NCBI GenBank assembly: GCA_964593515.1
Contig: CAZQJH010000001.1
Location: 1-40,129 of the forward strand
Direction: 5' to 3'
DNA length: 40,129 nt
From: an uncultured Erysipelotrichaceae bacterium
Lineage (GTDB): Bacteria > Bacillota_I > Bacilli_A > Erysipelotrichales > Erysipelotrichaceae
Shown one piece after another: positions 9,869 through 20,204 of this stretch. Made by a program: the position numbers and the translations under genes. Numbering within the stretch: position 1 is the stretch's first letter; each line of letters starts with the position of its first letter. The notes under the pieces were generated by a model that did not search any database, had not been told where the DNA came from, and was given only the letters and a program-made list of their open reading frames with translations.

Positions 9869-11209
9869 TTAATGATGCCATAAACAAATATAATCAGCTA
9901 CATCATTTAATAATGGTAATAAAATACAATTAATAGTTTCATTATTTTCTATTAAAGCTGGTGAGCAATCAACTAATTCATCATCGAAAATTGGGGTTGA
10001 GTAAAGCTTACCATTTTCATCTTGAAGGGTAATAACTAATTGTGAATCATTGCCACTAAGTTGTTCTTGAAGACTAACAACCTTAAAATTACCGGCAACA
10101 ATCTTACGATAGTTTTCAATAGTATTTAAAACACTGTCATCATCAATTATAACTGTAGTAAGAAATGCGTCTACAACTTCAGGATGAGCTTGGATATATA
10201 AGCTACCTTCATAAAGTAAATCTTCATGACTAGAAACAGCAACATGGTTTTGAGCTAAATAAGTTAATAGATTAGATAATAAAGGGAAGTTTTCATCAAA
10301 AATAAATTCACCATTATCATCATCACATGCTTTATATGAAAGACCAGCACTTAAGGCACAAGGCATATTTTCGTAAGCAATTTTTAACTTATCCATTAAT
10401 GTTTGTTCTTCTTCAATACTTAAAGTAGGTATAATCATATTACAAAGATTAATAAAAGGTACATGACAATGAGCGCTACAGTAAATTGTATCGAAAATAG
10501 AATCATTAAATAACATTTCGTGATGGATATTATTTAATTCATTAACATAAATAAGTAAATCTATGATGCTTTGATCAGCTAAAGGGAAATGATTTTCTCC
10601 CATTGACATAATATAATCAAAATCATAAGGCAATGGTTTTTGCTCATCAAGGGGAATATCTTCAGGGGTTAAATTATCTAATGTTGGATCAGATAATAAT
10701 TGATTGTTATTATGAATAGTAGCACTAATTTGTTGGTGAACTAATAAACTTAAGATATTTAAAGAAACATCAAGTTTGACTTGTTCATCATAATAATTAC
10801 AAAGATTATCAATAGCTGTATCAGCATAAGTAAATCCATAACAACGAATAATCCCTAAAATTAAGGTAGAAGCTTTATCAAAAGCTTTTAATTCTTTGTC
10901 GCAATTTTTTAAATTAACGACTAATTCAGCTAATTTATCTTTGGTATATGGATTTAAAGTAGCTTTTTTGTTACGAATATTAGCAAATAATTCATAACCT
11001 GGGTGACATTGACTGTCTTCAATAATAAAGCTACCATTAGTTGATAAGTTTTGTAAGTTATCACGTTCGTCTTGGTTAAACAAGGCAGCAGCCATAAAAG
11101 GATTATGGCTAATAGCTTCTATTATTGTATTAATCATCTGTTTAGAACTAGCTTTAGCATCAGCATCTAAACAATTGTAGAAAAACTGTAAGGGTAATGA
11201 AATGCTCAT
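9869..11209 (-). CDS. hypothetical cytoplasmic protein, 446 aa, acidic and Cys-rich, no family recognised
   Basis: Perfect SD AGGAGG 7 nt before the ATG. An extended -10 TGtTATAAT lies on the - strand (11239-11247). No TM or signal peptide. I see no terminator before the mscL promoter region. Confidence 0.65.
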   Translation of the reverse strand: MSISLPLQFFYNCLDADAKASSKQMINTIIEAISHNPFMAAALFNQDERDNLQNLSTNGSFIIEDSQCHPGYELFANIRNKKATLNPYTKDKLAELVVNLKNCDKELKAFDKASTLILGIIRCYGFTYADTAIDNLCNYYDEQVKLDVSLNILSLLVHQQISATIHNNNQLLSDPTLDNLTPEDIPLDEQKPLPYDFDYIMSMGENHFPLADQSIIDLLIYVNELNNIHHEMLFNDSIFDTIYCSAHCHVPFINLCNMIIPTLSIEEEQTLMDKLKIAYENMPCALSAGLSYKACDDDNGEFIFDENFPLLSNLLTYLAQNHVAVSSHEDLLYEGSLYIQAHPEVVDAFLTTVIIDDDSVLNTIENYRKIVAGNFKVVSLQEQLSGNDSQLVITLQDENGKLYSTPIFDDELVDCSPALIENNETINCILLPLLNDVADYICLWHH

Positions 11210-11287
11210 ATAAAAACCTCCTAATAATTTACTAACAAATTATAACATAATATACGTTAGTTTGCTTAAGGAAGATAATAAAATGAT

Positions 11288-11316
11288 TTGCTTTCATCAA
11301 GGTTAAGTATTATAAT
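11288..11316 (+). promoter_or_regulatory. sigma-A-like promoter of gpmI
   Basis: TTGCTT (11288-11293), a 17-nt spacer, then TATAAT (11311-11316). Confidence 0.5.
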
Positions 11317-11346
11317 TATTGTGAAAAAATAGGAGGATATTTATTT

Positions 11347-12921
11347 ATGACTAAAAGACCGGTTGTGTTGGTAGTTATGGACGGGGTTGGAATCAGTGAT
11401 ACTGATTATGGAAATGCCGTTGAAAAAGCTTATACACCAACATTAGATGAATTAAAAGCAACTTGCCCTAACATTGCAATTAAAGCACATGGTTTAGCGG
11501 TAGGACTTCCAAGTGATGATGATATGGGAAATAGTGAAGTTGGACACAACGCCTTAGGATGTGGACAAATTTATTCTCAAGGAGCTAAATTAGTAAATGA
11601 AAATATTGAATCAAAAGAAATTTTCAAAACTGAAACTTGGGCTCAATTAGTAAATAACTGTAAAGGTAATACAATGCACTTTGTTGGTTTATTATCTGAT
11701 GGTAATGTTCACTCACACATTAACCACTTAAAAGCATTAATTGCGCAAGCTAAAGAAGATGGAGTAACTAATGTAAGAGTACATGCATTATTAGATGGAC
11801 GTGATGTTCCTGAAACTAGTGCTTTAACTTATGTAGATGATATTGAAGCATTTATGGCTGATTTAAATGATGATAACTTCCATGCTTGTATTGCAAGTGG
11901 TGGTGGTCGTATGACTATTACAATGGACCGTTATGAAGCTAACTGGGCAATGGTAGAACAAGGTTGGCATGTACATGTTTTAGGTGAAGGAAGACAATTT
12001 GCTAGCTGTAAAGAAGCAATTGAAACTTACCGTAGTGAAACAGGAGTTATTGACCAAGATTTACCTGGATTTGTTATTGCGAAAGATGGTAAACCAGTGG
12101 GAACAATTGAAGATGGTGACTCAGTTGTATTATTCAACTTTAGAGGGGACCGTGCTCAAGAATTCTCTTTAGCTTTTGATCAAGGTGATGAATTTGATAA
12201 ATTTGATCGTGTTCGTAAACCAGATGTAATGTATGCTGGTATGTTACAATACGATGCTGATTTATGTATTCCAAACAACTTCTTAACATACCCACCTAAA
12301 ATTCAATACACTTTAACTGAAGAATTATGTAAATATGGAATTCGTGAATATGCAATTTCTGAAACACAAAAATATGGTCACGTTACATACTTCTGGAACG
12401 GAAACCGTAGTGAAAAAATTGATGAAAACTTAGAAACTTATGTAGAAATTACTTCTGATGTAGTTCCTTTCGAACAACGTCCTTGGATGAAAGCAGCTGA
12501 AATAACTGATTTATTATGTGAAGCAATTAGAAGTGGAGAATATGATTTCTTACGTACTAACTATCCTAACGGGGATATGGTTGGACATACTGGAAACTTT
12601 GAAGCAACAGTTATCGGAGTTGAAAGTGTTGACTTACAATTAGCTCGTGTTAAAAAAGCAGTTGATGAAGTAAATGGTATTTTATTAATTACTGCTGACC
12701 ACGGTAATGCTGATGAAATGTATGAAAAGAAGAAAAAAGCTGATGCACCAATCAAAGCTAAAACTTCTCATACATTAAACAAAGTTCCATTCATTGTTTA
12801 TGGAGCAGATGTTGAATTAAAAGAAGGGGATGACTTTGGATTAGCTAACATTGCCTCTACAGTAGCTGATTTATTAGAAGTTGAACCTAATGCTAACTGG
12901 AAAGAATCATTAATTAAATAA
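11347..12921 (+). CDS. gpmI: 2,3-bisphosphoglycerate-independent phosphoglycerate mutase
   Basis: 524 aa with VVMDGVG, GNSEVGH, LLDGRDV and ADHGNAD motifs. Confidence 0.95.
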   Translation: MTKRPVVLVVMDGVGISDTDYGNAVEKAYTPTLDELKATCPNIAIKAHGLAVGLPSDDDMGNSEVGHNALGCGQIYSQGAKLVNENIESKEIFKTETWAQLVNNCKGNTMHFVGLLSDGNVHSHINHLKALIAQAKEDGVTNVRVHALLDGRDVPETSALTYVDDIEAFMADLNDDNFHACIASGGGRMTITMDRYEANWAMVEQGWHVHVLGEGRQFASCKEAIETYRSETGVIDQDLPGFVIAKDGKPVGTIEDGDSVVLFNFRGDRAQEFSLAFDQGDEFDKFDRVRKPDVMYAGMLQYDADLCIPNNFLTYPPKIQYTLTEELCKYGIREYAISETQKYGHVTYFWNGNRSEKIDENLETYVEITSDVVPFEQRPWMKAAEITDLLCEAIRSGEYDFLRTNYPNGDMVGHTGNFEATVIGVESVDLQLARVKKAVDEVNGILLITADHGNADEMYEKKKKADAPIKAKTSHTLNKVPFIVYGADVELKEGDDFGLANIASTVADLLEVEPNANWKESLIK

Positions 12922-12927
12922 ATTTTT

Positions 12928-12962
12928 ATAATGCATTAGCTTGAAGCTAATGCATTATTTTT
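12928..12962 (+). terminator. intrinsic terminator after gpmI
   Basis: AATGCATTAGCT (12930-12941) pairs with AGCTAATGCATT (12945-12956) with a 3-nt loop. A T-run follows. Confidence 0.85.
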
Positions 12963-13079
12963 ATGTGCAAAACATAGTGTAAAAGTTGGTTTTGTGAAAG
13001 GTTTTCCACAATTATGGAAAAAAATGATGAATTTTGTCGAAAGAAAATAGAAAAATTTTCTTAAGTAGGGTTAGATTCA

Positions 13080-13108
13080 TTGATTTTTATGCTTTTTTTT
13101 CATATAAT
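13080..13108 (+). promoter_or_regulatory. sigma-A-like promoter of the cold-shock gene
   Basis: TTGATT (13080-13085), a 17-nt spacer, then TATAAT (13103-13108). Confidence 0.5.
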
Positions 13109-13147
13109 TATCGTATGCTTAACGCATAGAAAGGTATAGGGATAAAC

Positions 13148-13345
13148 ATGAAAGGAAAAGTAAAAATGTTTAATCAAGAAAAAGGATACGGATTCATCAA
13201 ATTAGAAGATGGAAAAGATGTATTCTTTCACTACTCTCAATTAGAAATGGATGGATTCAAAACAATTGATGCTGATGTTGAAGTTGAATTTGAATTAGTT
13301 GAAACTGAGAGAGGATTACAAGCTCATAATATTGTGAAACTTTAA
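13148..13345 (+). CDS. cold-shock protein (CspA family)
   Basis: 65 aa. It has GKVKMFNQEKGYGFI (RNP1 KGYGFI) and VFFHY (RNP2). Confidence 0.92.
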   Translation: MKGKVKMFNQEKGYGFIKLEDGKDVFFHYSQLEMDGFKTIDADVEVEFELVETERGLQAHNIVKL

Positions 13346-13351
13346 TCAATT

Positions 13352-13379
13352 AAAAACGGATGATTCATCCGTTTTTTTT
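13352..13379 (+). terminator. intrinsic terminator after csp
   Basis: ACGGATG (13356-13362) pairs with CATCCGT (13366-13372). T8 follows. Confidence 0.85.
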
Positions 13380-13425
13380 ATAATATATGTGATTATATGT
13401 GAAGTTAAAAGGTTTTACAGTTTAG

Positions 13426-13455
13426 TTGAAACCTAACTATAAAATATGCTATAAT
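13426..13455 (+). promoter_or_regulatory. sigma-A-like promoter of secA-prfB
   Basis: TTGAAA (13426-13431), an 18-nt spacer, then an extended -10 TGcTATAAT (13447-13455). Confidence 0.5.
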
Positions 13456-13503
13456 ATCGTAGAATGTGAAAAAATAACCTTTTTATAGGATGGAGGGTAA
13501 TAT

Positions 13504-15867
13504 ATGGCGAATTTCTTAGAACGCTTATTCTCAGGAGAGAAAAAATTATTAGCAAAAATTGAAAAACAAGCATTAGAAGTAATGGCTTTAGAAGATGAAA
13601 TGAAAGCTTTAAGCGAAGAAGGTTTAAGAGCTAAAACACAAGAATTTAAAGATCGTTATGCTAATGGAGAAACACTAGACTCAATGTTAGTTGAAGCTTT
13701 TGCCGTTTCAAGAGAAGCAGCAAGAAGAACAATTAACGAATTCCCTTATAAAGTACAAATTATGGGTGCAATTGCCATGAATGGTGGAGATATTGCGGAA
13801 ATGCGTACTGGAGAAGGGAAAACATTAACTTCAACAATGTGTATTTATTTAAATGCTTTAGCTGGTAAAGGGGTACATGTTGTTACGGTAAATGAATACT
13901 TAGCTTCTCGTGATGCTGAGTGGATGGGACAAATCTATCGTTACTTAGGATTAAGTGTAGGAGTTAACTTACGTGAATTAACTAAATCACAAAAACGTGA
14001 AGCTTATGCATGTGATATTACGTATACAACAAATTCAGAATTAGGATTTGATTACTTAAGAGATAATATGGTAGTCAATCTTGAAGAACGCGTATTAAGA
14101 GGATTAAGCGTGGCAGTTGTCGATGAGGTTGACTCAATCTTAATTGACGAATCTAGAACTCCATTAATTATTTCAGGAGGAAACAAACAAACAGCTAACT
14201 TATATGTTCAAGCTGATCAATTTGCGAAACGTTTAAAACCAAATGATTACGAAATTGATGAAAAAACAAGACAAATTATGTTAACGGAAAGTGGAGTTAA
14301 AAACGCTGAACGTTTCTTTAAATTAAAAAACTTATATGAAATGGAACATACACAATTAGTTCATCATATTACACAAGCTTTAAAAGCTAACTACATTATG
14401 AAAAAAGAAGTTGAATATGTAGTACAAGATGATGAAATTGTTATCGTTGATTCATTTACTGGACGTACAATGCCTGGACGTGCTTATAGTGATGGATTAC
14501 ATCAAGCAATTGAAGCTAAAGAAGGAGTTACAATTAAAGAAGAAACAGCTACTTTAGCTACAATTACTTACCAAAACTTCTTCCGTTTATATGAAAAATT
14601 ATGTGGTATGACTGGTACTGCTAAAACTGAAGAAGAAGAATTCTTAGAAATTTATAACATGCGTGTTATTGAAATTCCAACTAACCGTCCAGTAGCACGT
14701 ATTGATAAACCAGATGCTGTATTTGCTACACCACAAGCTAAATATAAAGCCTTAATTGAAGAAGTTAAACGTTTATATGCTAAAGGTCAACCGGTTTTAA
14801 TTGGTACTATTTCGGTAGAAGCGAGTGAATTAGTGCATGAATTATTAGTTAAAGCACATATTCCTCATGAAGTATTAAATGCGAAAAACCATGCGCGTGA
14901 AGCAGATATCGTTGCTAGAGCGGGTCGTGTTAAGGCAGTAACAGTTGCAACTAACATGGCTGGTCGTGGTACGGACATTAAGTTACCTCAAGAAGCTAAA
15001 GACTTAGGTGGTTTAGCGGTATTAGGAAGTGAACGTCATGAATCAAGACGTATTGATAACCAGTTACGTGGACGTAGTGGTCGTCAAGGGGATCCTGGAT
15101 TCTCACAATTCTATGTATCATTACAAGATGATTTAATGATTCGTTTCGGTTCTGATAAGATTGCGGGAACAATGAGTTCATTAGGTGATGAACAAATTGA
15201 ATCAAAAATGTTAACTAAATCAATTACTTCAGCGCAAAAACGTGTTGAAGGATACAACTATGATATTCGTAAACAATTATTAGATTACGATGATGTATTA
15301 AGAAGACAGCGTGAAATTATGTATGCTCAACGTGATGATATCTTAGAAATGGAAGATGCACGTGGTATCATTAAAACAATGATGATGAAAGTTGTGGAAG
15401 CAATTGTTGAAGTTAATACAGAAGATCTTAAAAAGAAAACAGGTATCGATTTAGAAGGTATTTGTAAAGCTGTGAACGTGCTTGGATTAGAAGAAAAAGA
15501 TCATTTAAAAGTTGATGATTTAAGTGGTAAATCATTCGAGGATGTCTTAAAAACAGCTACTAATCATGTTCAAGACGTATATGATAAAAAAGTAAGTGGT
15601 TATGATGGAATTGTTGATCGTGAAATTCATCGTTTAGAAAAAACAATTATTTTAAACTTTATCGATCGTAACTGGACTGATCACATTGATACAATGGATA
15701 AATTACGTAATGGTATTCACTTACGTTCTTATGCACAAAATAATCCGTTACAAGCTTATATTGAAGAAGGTTTTGAATTATTTGAAGAAATGCAAGCACG
15801 TATTGCCAAAGATATTACTTATTACTCATTACGATTCCAAATCAGAGCAGAAAGAAGTGACGATTAA
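13504..15867 (+). CDS. secA: preprotein translocase ATPase SecA
   Basis: 787 aa with MRTGEGKTL (Walker A), VDEVDSILIDE and TNMAGRGTDI. It has no C-terminal zinc-binding tail. Confidence 0.97.
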   Translation: MANFLERLFSGEKKLLAKIEKQALEVMALEDEMKALSEEGLRAKTQEFKDRYANGETLDSMLVEAFAVSREAARRTINEFPYKVQIMGAIAMNGGDIAEMRTGEGKTLTSTMCIYLNALAGKGVHVVTVNEYLASRDAEWMGQIYRYLGLSVGVNLRELTKSQKREAYACDITYTTNSELGFDYLRDNMVVNLEERVLRGLSVAVVDEVDSILIDESRTPLIISGGNKQTANLYVQADQFAKRLKPNDYEIDEKTRQIMLTESGVKNAERFFKLKNLYEMEHTQLVHHITQALKANYIMKKEVEYVVQDDEIVIVDSFTGRTMPGRAYSDGLHQAIEAKEGVTIKEETATLATITYQNFFRLYEKLCGMTGTAKTEEEEFLEIYNMRVIEIPTNRPVARIDKPDAVFATPQAKYKALIEEVKRLYAKGQPVLIGTISVEASELVHELLVKAHIPHEVLNAKNHAREADIVARAGRVKAVTVATNMAGRGTDIKLPQEAKDLGGLAVLGSERHESRRIDNQLRGRSGRQGDPGFSQFYVSLQDDLMIRFGSDKIAGTMSSLGDEQIESKMLTKSITSAQKRVEGYNYDIRKQLLDYDDVLRRQREIMYAQRDDILEMEDARGIIKTMMMKVVEAIVEVNTEDLKKKTGIDLEGICKAVNVLGLEEKDHLKVDDLSGKSFEDVLKTATNHVQDVYDKKVSGYDGIVDREIHRLEKTIILNFIDRNWTDHIDTMDKLRNGIHLRSYAQNNPLQAYIEEGFELFEEMQARIAKDITYYSLRFQIRAERSDD

Positions 15868-16965
15868 TGGAATTATATGAACTAAAACAAGGAGTGAGTA
15901 CTCATCGAGTGAAATTAAATGCACTCGGTGAGTCACTTTGACTTGACTAGTAAACGTCATAAAATAGCTGAATATGAATCATTAAGTTTAGAAAATGATT
16001 TTTGGCAAGATCCCAATTATGCCCAAGATATTATTTCTAAATTGAATAGTTTAAAAGGTAGTGTTAAAAATTATGATGAACTAGATAGTTTATTAATAAA
16101 CCTTGAAGAAGGTTTAGAAATGATTAATGAAGAATTTGATGAAGATTTATTTGCTTTATTAGAAGATGAGTATGCTGAATTATTAAAACACTTTGATGAT
16201 TTTGAAATTACTGTGTTATTATCACATGAATATGATCATTCAAATGCTATTTTGGAATTACATCCAGGAGCAGGAGGGACTGAATCTTGTGATTGGGCGC
16301 AAATGTTATATCGAATGTATACACGTTGGGCTGAAAAACAAGGATTTAAAATTAGTGTTTTAGATTATCAAGCTGGGGATGAAGCGGGGATTAAGTCAGT
16401 AACTTTCTTAGTTGAAGGGGATATGGCTTATGGTTATTTAAAAGCAGAAAAAGGAGTGCACCGCTTAGTACGTATTTCGCCTTTTGACGCAGGAGCGCGA
16501 AGACATACGAGCTTTGCGAGTTTAGATGTAATGCCACAATTTCATGATGAGATTGAAATTGATATTAAACCTGATGATTTAATTGTGGAAACTAAACGAG
16601 CAAGTGGAGCCGGAGGACAACACATTAATAAAACGGACTCGGCGATTCGCATGGTACATAAACCAACTGGACTAGTAGCAACTTGTCAAAGTGGGCGAAG
16701 TCAACATGAGAACCGAGAAGAAGCATTGCGAATCTTGAAAAGTCGTTTGTATCAAAAAATGATTGAAGAACAAGAAGCAAAAATGGCAGAAATAAAAGGA
16801 GAACAAAAATTAATCGAATGGGGTTCCCAAATTCGTAGTTATGTTTTTCATCCATATAGTATGGTTAAAGATCATCGTTCTAACTTTGAAACTAGTGATA
16901 CCAAAAAAGTTATGGATGGTGATTTAAATGATTTTATTTATGCTTATTTAAAGATGCAATTATAA
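15867..16965 (+). CDS. prfB: peptide chain release factor 2, expressed through a programmed +1 frameshift at 15936-15942
   Basis: Frame 0 starts at ATG 15867, sharing one nt with the secA TAA. It reads MELYELKQGVSTHRVKLNALGESL and then hits TGA (15939-15941). The +1 frame from GAC 15940 continues DLTSKRHKIAE... through the SPF and GGQ motifs to 16965. Confidence 0.93.
15927..15942 (+). promoter_or_regulatory. RF2 autoregulatory +1 frameshift site
   Basis: SD-like GGTGAG (15927-15932), a 3-nt spacer, then CTT TGA C (15936-15942). This is the same architecture as the classical AGGGGG-N3-CUU-UGA-C site. Confidence 0.9.
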
Positions 16966-16997
16966 GAGTTCCGTAGGAACTCTTTTGTTTTTTTAGG
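16964..16997 (+). terminator. intrinsic terminator after prfB
   Basis: AAGAGTTCC (16964-16972) pairs with GGAACTCTT (16976-16984) with loop GTA. A T-rich tail follows. Confidence 0.85.
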
Positions 16998-17004
16998 AGG
17001 TAAT

Positions 17005-17868
17005 ATGAAAAAGTTATTAAAAATTAATTGGAAAGATTTATTATTTATCTGTTTAGGAAATTTTGTGATTTCGATTGCGGTTACGGTCTTTATTTTACCA
17101 TTAGATATTTTATCAGGTGGAGTACCAGGGGTAGCTGTATCATTAAAAGCTTTTCTTCCGATAGATGAATTATTATTAATTAATATTATTACTTATTCAT
17201 TATTTTTCTTAGGAGCTATTTTCTTAGGTAAAGAATTTGCTATGAAAACCATTCTATCAACTATTTTATATCCACTAGCTTTACAAGTTACTAATTACTT
17301 TGCACCACTAATTAATGTTGGAACTAATCCAATATTAGCTAGTTTATATGCGGGAGTCTTTTTAGGAATTGGAGTAGGTTTAGTTTATCGGGTAGGAGCT
17401 AGTACGGGAGGAATGGATATTCCACCACTAATTATGAATAAATACTTTAAAATTCCTTTACATACAGCAGTATTAATTGTTGATGGATGTACAGTATTAT
17501 TAGGAGCAAGTATTTATGGGATTGAAGCAGCTATGATTGGATTACTTTCAGTTGTAACTTGTAGTTATGTAATTAATGCTGTAATGGATTTTGGAAGTAC
17601 GAAAGCTAAACAATTAATTATTATTTCTGATAAACATGAAGAAATTATTAAAGCAGTACATGAAGAATTAAACCGTGGGGTAACAATCTTAAAAGGGGTT
17701 GGAGGTTATTCTAAAGAAGAACGTGAAGTATTAATGGTTGTTTTATATCAAAAACAATATGCTACTTTAAAACGTTTATTAGATGAAATTGATCCAAGTG
17801 CTTTTGTGATTGTTAGTGATACGCATGAGGTTCATGGAGAAGGATTTACTTATTTACAAAATATGTAA
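17005..17868 (+). CDS. YitT-family membrane protein (DUF2179 C-terminal domain)
   Basis: 287 aa. A multi-TM N-terminal part is followed by a soluble C-terminal domain (GVTILKGVGGYSKEEREVLMVV...VSDTHEVHGEGF), typical of YitT/DUF2179. Confidence 0.8.
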   Translation: MKKLLKINWKDLLFICLGNFVISIAVTVFILPLDILSGGVPGVAVSLKAFLPIDELLLINIITYSLFFLGAIFLGKEFAMKTILSTILYPLALQVTNYFAPLINVGTNPILASLYAGVFLGIGVGLVYRVGASTGGMDIPPLIMNKYFKIPLHTAVLIVDGCTVLLGASIYGIEAAMIGLLSVVTCSYVINAVMDFGSTKAKQLIIISDKHEEIIKAVHEELNRGVTILKGVGGYSKEEREVLMVVLYQKQYATLKRLLDEIDPSAFVIVSDTHEVHGEGFTYLQNM

Positions 17869-17911
17869 ATAATTATGTTATAATTAGATAAAAGAAAGAA
17901 GGAGTTGCCAG

Positions 17912-18793
17912 ATGAGTTTATTTCATCCTATTAAAACGGCTTTCCAAGGAATAAGACGTCATTTAGCAATGTCGATTTCTTGTGTGGGAGCTATAAGTTT
18001 AACATTAATAATGATTTCTTTAATCTTAATGGTTAGTGTAAATGTCGATAATTTTACTCAAGCGATTGAACAAGATTTAAAAATAAGAGTTAAAGTAGAT
18101 AAAGTAGCTACCTATGGTGAATTATATGAAATTGAAGCATCATTAAATAATATTGAAGAAATTAAAAGTTATCAATATAGCAGTAAAAGTGAAGAATTAG
18201 AATTACTTATTGAAGAAAATGGTCAAGTATTTGAACGTTATCGTGATTATAATCCCTTAAATGATGTTTATATCTTAGAAGCTTATCGAGCTAGTGATAT
18301 TGAAAAGATATGTGATGAAGTATCAACTATTGCATGGGTAGAAGATGTAGATTATGGTGGAGATACAATTAAAATGATGATTGATATCTTTGAAGATGTA
18401 CGTGGAGCTAGTTATATTTTGATTCTTGCTTTAAGTTTTGTTGCATTATTCTTAGTTATTAGCATGATTAAATTAAGTGTCTCAACGCGTAAAGATGAGA
18501 TAGCAATTATGCGCTTTGTTGGTGCTAGTAATATGTATATTAGAATTCCTTTTATTTATGAAGGGATTCTAGTGGGAATTTTAGGTAGTATCATTCCAAT
18601 TGTTGCGACGGTTGTGGTTTATCGTTATTTATATCAAATCTTTGATGGTCATATTATTTCATCAATGTTAGTATTAAAAGAACCAACATTAGTTTTAAAT
18701 AATTTAACCCTTATTTTATTAGGTGCTGGAGTAGGTGTTGGTTTATTAGGTAGTATTTATGCTCTAGGTAGATATTTGAGGTGGAAACGATGA
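17912..18793 (+). CDS. ftsX: FtsX-like cell-division/ABC permease protein, copy 1
   Basis: 293 aa with TM1, an extracellular domain and 3 TM. Conserved block EIAIMRFVGASNMYIRIPFIYEG. Confidence 0.85.
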   Translation: MSLFHPIKTAFQGIRRHLAMSISCVGAISLTLIMISLILMVSVNVDNFTQAIEQDLKIRVKVDKVATYGELYEIEASLNNIEEIKSYQYSSKSEELELLIEENGQVFERYRDYNPLNDVYILEAYRASDIEKICDEVSTIAWVEDVDYGGDTIKMMIDIFEDVRGASYILILALSFVALFLVISMIKLSVSTRKDEIAIMRFVGASNMYIRIPFIYEGILVGILGSIIPIVATVVVYRYLYQIFDGHIISSMLVLKEPTLVLNNLTLILLGAGVGVGLLGSIYALGRYLRWKR

Positions 18794-20193
18794 AAAAACA
18801 AGTTAGGAAAGCTAGCTTGTTGTTGATGTGTATCACGATGATATGGTTATCACAAGGTGGTATTTATGCTGATAATAAATTTGCAGGTAATGAGAGTTCA
18901 TGGATTAAAAAATGTAGTGTAGCTCAAAAAACACAAAAAGACTATGATGATTGTGTGGCTTTCAAAAGTTATTATCAAGGAAAACAAGGAGATGTGAAAG
19001 ATCAAATCGCTTCCTTACAACAACAAGTTAAAGATATAGAAGGAGATATAGCTAAATTACAAGCAGCAATTGATGAACAAGAGGCTCTTATTGCTCAAAT
19101 TGAAGCGCGTATTAGTGAAAATAAGAGTGCAATTGCGCTTATTGATAATGAAATAGCTAAATTAGATTTAAAAATTGATGCATTACAATTCTCAATTGAT
19201 GAACGTGATGCGATTATGAAAAAAAGAATGCGTGATGAACAAGCATCAATGGGTCTAAATGTTGTTTTAGAAGTTATTATGGGTTCTAATGATATCTTAG
19301 ATATGATTAGAAGATTAGATGGTTTAGCCCAAATAGATGAGGCTGATCGTCAAGAAATAGCAATTATTGAATCAGAAAAAAATGAAATTAAATTCCAACG
19401 TAGTGAACAAGAACGCTTACGTGAAGAACAAGAAGGATATTTAAAACAAAATCAAATTGAAGAAGAAAATGCGCTTGAAGTTAAAAAACAACAAGAAATT
19501 CTTCAAGGTGAATTTATGAATGTCTATGAAAAATTAAATGAAGAAATGCGTAATGCGAAAGTTGATTTATCAACATTACAAAATAACTTAATTAGTATTA
19601 ATCCGGAATTAGTTAAACAAGAAGTAGCTACCATTCCAAGTAATAGTGGTTTAGCCAAACCAGTACCTGGTTATATTTCAGCTAATTCATTCCATTATCC
19701 AAATGGTTCAATTCATATGGGATTAGATATTGCAGTTGATTTAAGAACGCCAATTTATGCACCAGCTAATGGAATTATTTTATATGCTAATAATCCAGTT
19801 CCAACCAATAGTGGTTATATTGGTAATCGTGATGGATATCCAGCTGGTACTGGAAACTCAATTCAAATGATTTGTCGGGTTAATGGTACTACTTATGCAT
19901 TATCATTCTTCCATATGGCTCAAGAAAACTTCTCAGTTAGAGCCGGTCAAAAGGTAAGTGTTGGTCAATTATTAGGTTTATCAGGTAATACTGGTAATAC
20001 TACTGGTCCACATTGCCACTTAGAAGTATTTAATTTAGGTAATATGAGTATTGAAAGTGCTATTGCCCAATTCCAAGCAACAGCTGACTTTGCTTGGGGT
20101 AATGGATGGTATGCCACAGGACTTACAAATATTTGTGATGTAAGTGGTCCACCATGTCGTGAACATCCTGAAGATGTTTATGGATATCGATAG
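18790..20193 (+). CDS. secreted coiled-coil M23 (LytM-type) metallopeptidase
   Basis: Signal peptide, about 230 aa of heptad-rich coiled coil, then an M23 domain with intact HxxxD (HMGLD) and HxH (HCH). I prefer the ATG at 18790, which overlaps the ftsX TGA and follows SD GAGGTGG. The track start at 18781 is a GTG. Confidence 0.85.
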   Translation: MKKQVRKASLLLMCITMIWLSQGGIYADNKFAGNESSWIKKCSVAQKTQKDYDDCVAFKSYYQGKQGDVKDQIASLQQQVKDIEGDIAKLQAAIDEQEALIAQIEARISENKSAIALIDNEIAKLDLKIDALQFSIDERDAIMKKRMRDEQASMGLNVVLEVIMGSNDILDMIRRLDGLAQIDEADRQEIAIIESEKNEIKFQRSEQERLREEQEGYLKQNQIEEENALEVKKQQEILQGEFMNVYEKLNEEMRNAKVDLSTLQNNLISINPELVKQEVATIPSNSGLAKPVPGYISANSFHYPNGSIHMGLDIAVDLRTPIYAPANGIILYANNPVPTNSGYIGNRDGYPAGTGNSIQMICRVNGTTYALSFFHMAQENFSVRAGQKVSVGQLLGLSGNTGNTTGPHCHLEVFNLGNMSIESAIAQFQATADFAWGNGWYATGLTNICDVSGPPCREHPEDVYGYR

Positions 20194-20204
20194 GAGTGTG
20201 TAAG

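Noticed and set aside
13004-13019. A near-palindrome TTCCACAATTATGGAA (14 of 16 positions symmetric) and the nearby AGAAAA-A-TTTTCT (about 13049-13061), both upstream of the csp promoter. They could be operators.
   Set aside because: The motifs are short and AT-rich, in an AT-rich intergenic region, about 60 nt and 20 nt upstream of the -35. They resemble no regulator site I can name, and chance occurrence is plausible. They need comparative data before being called.
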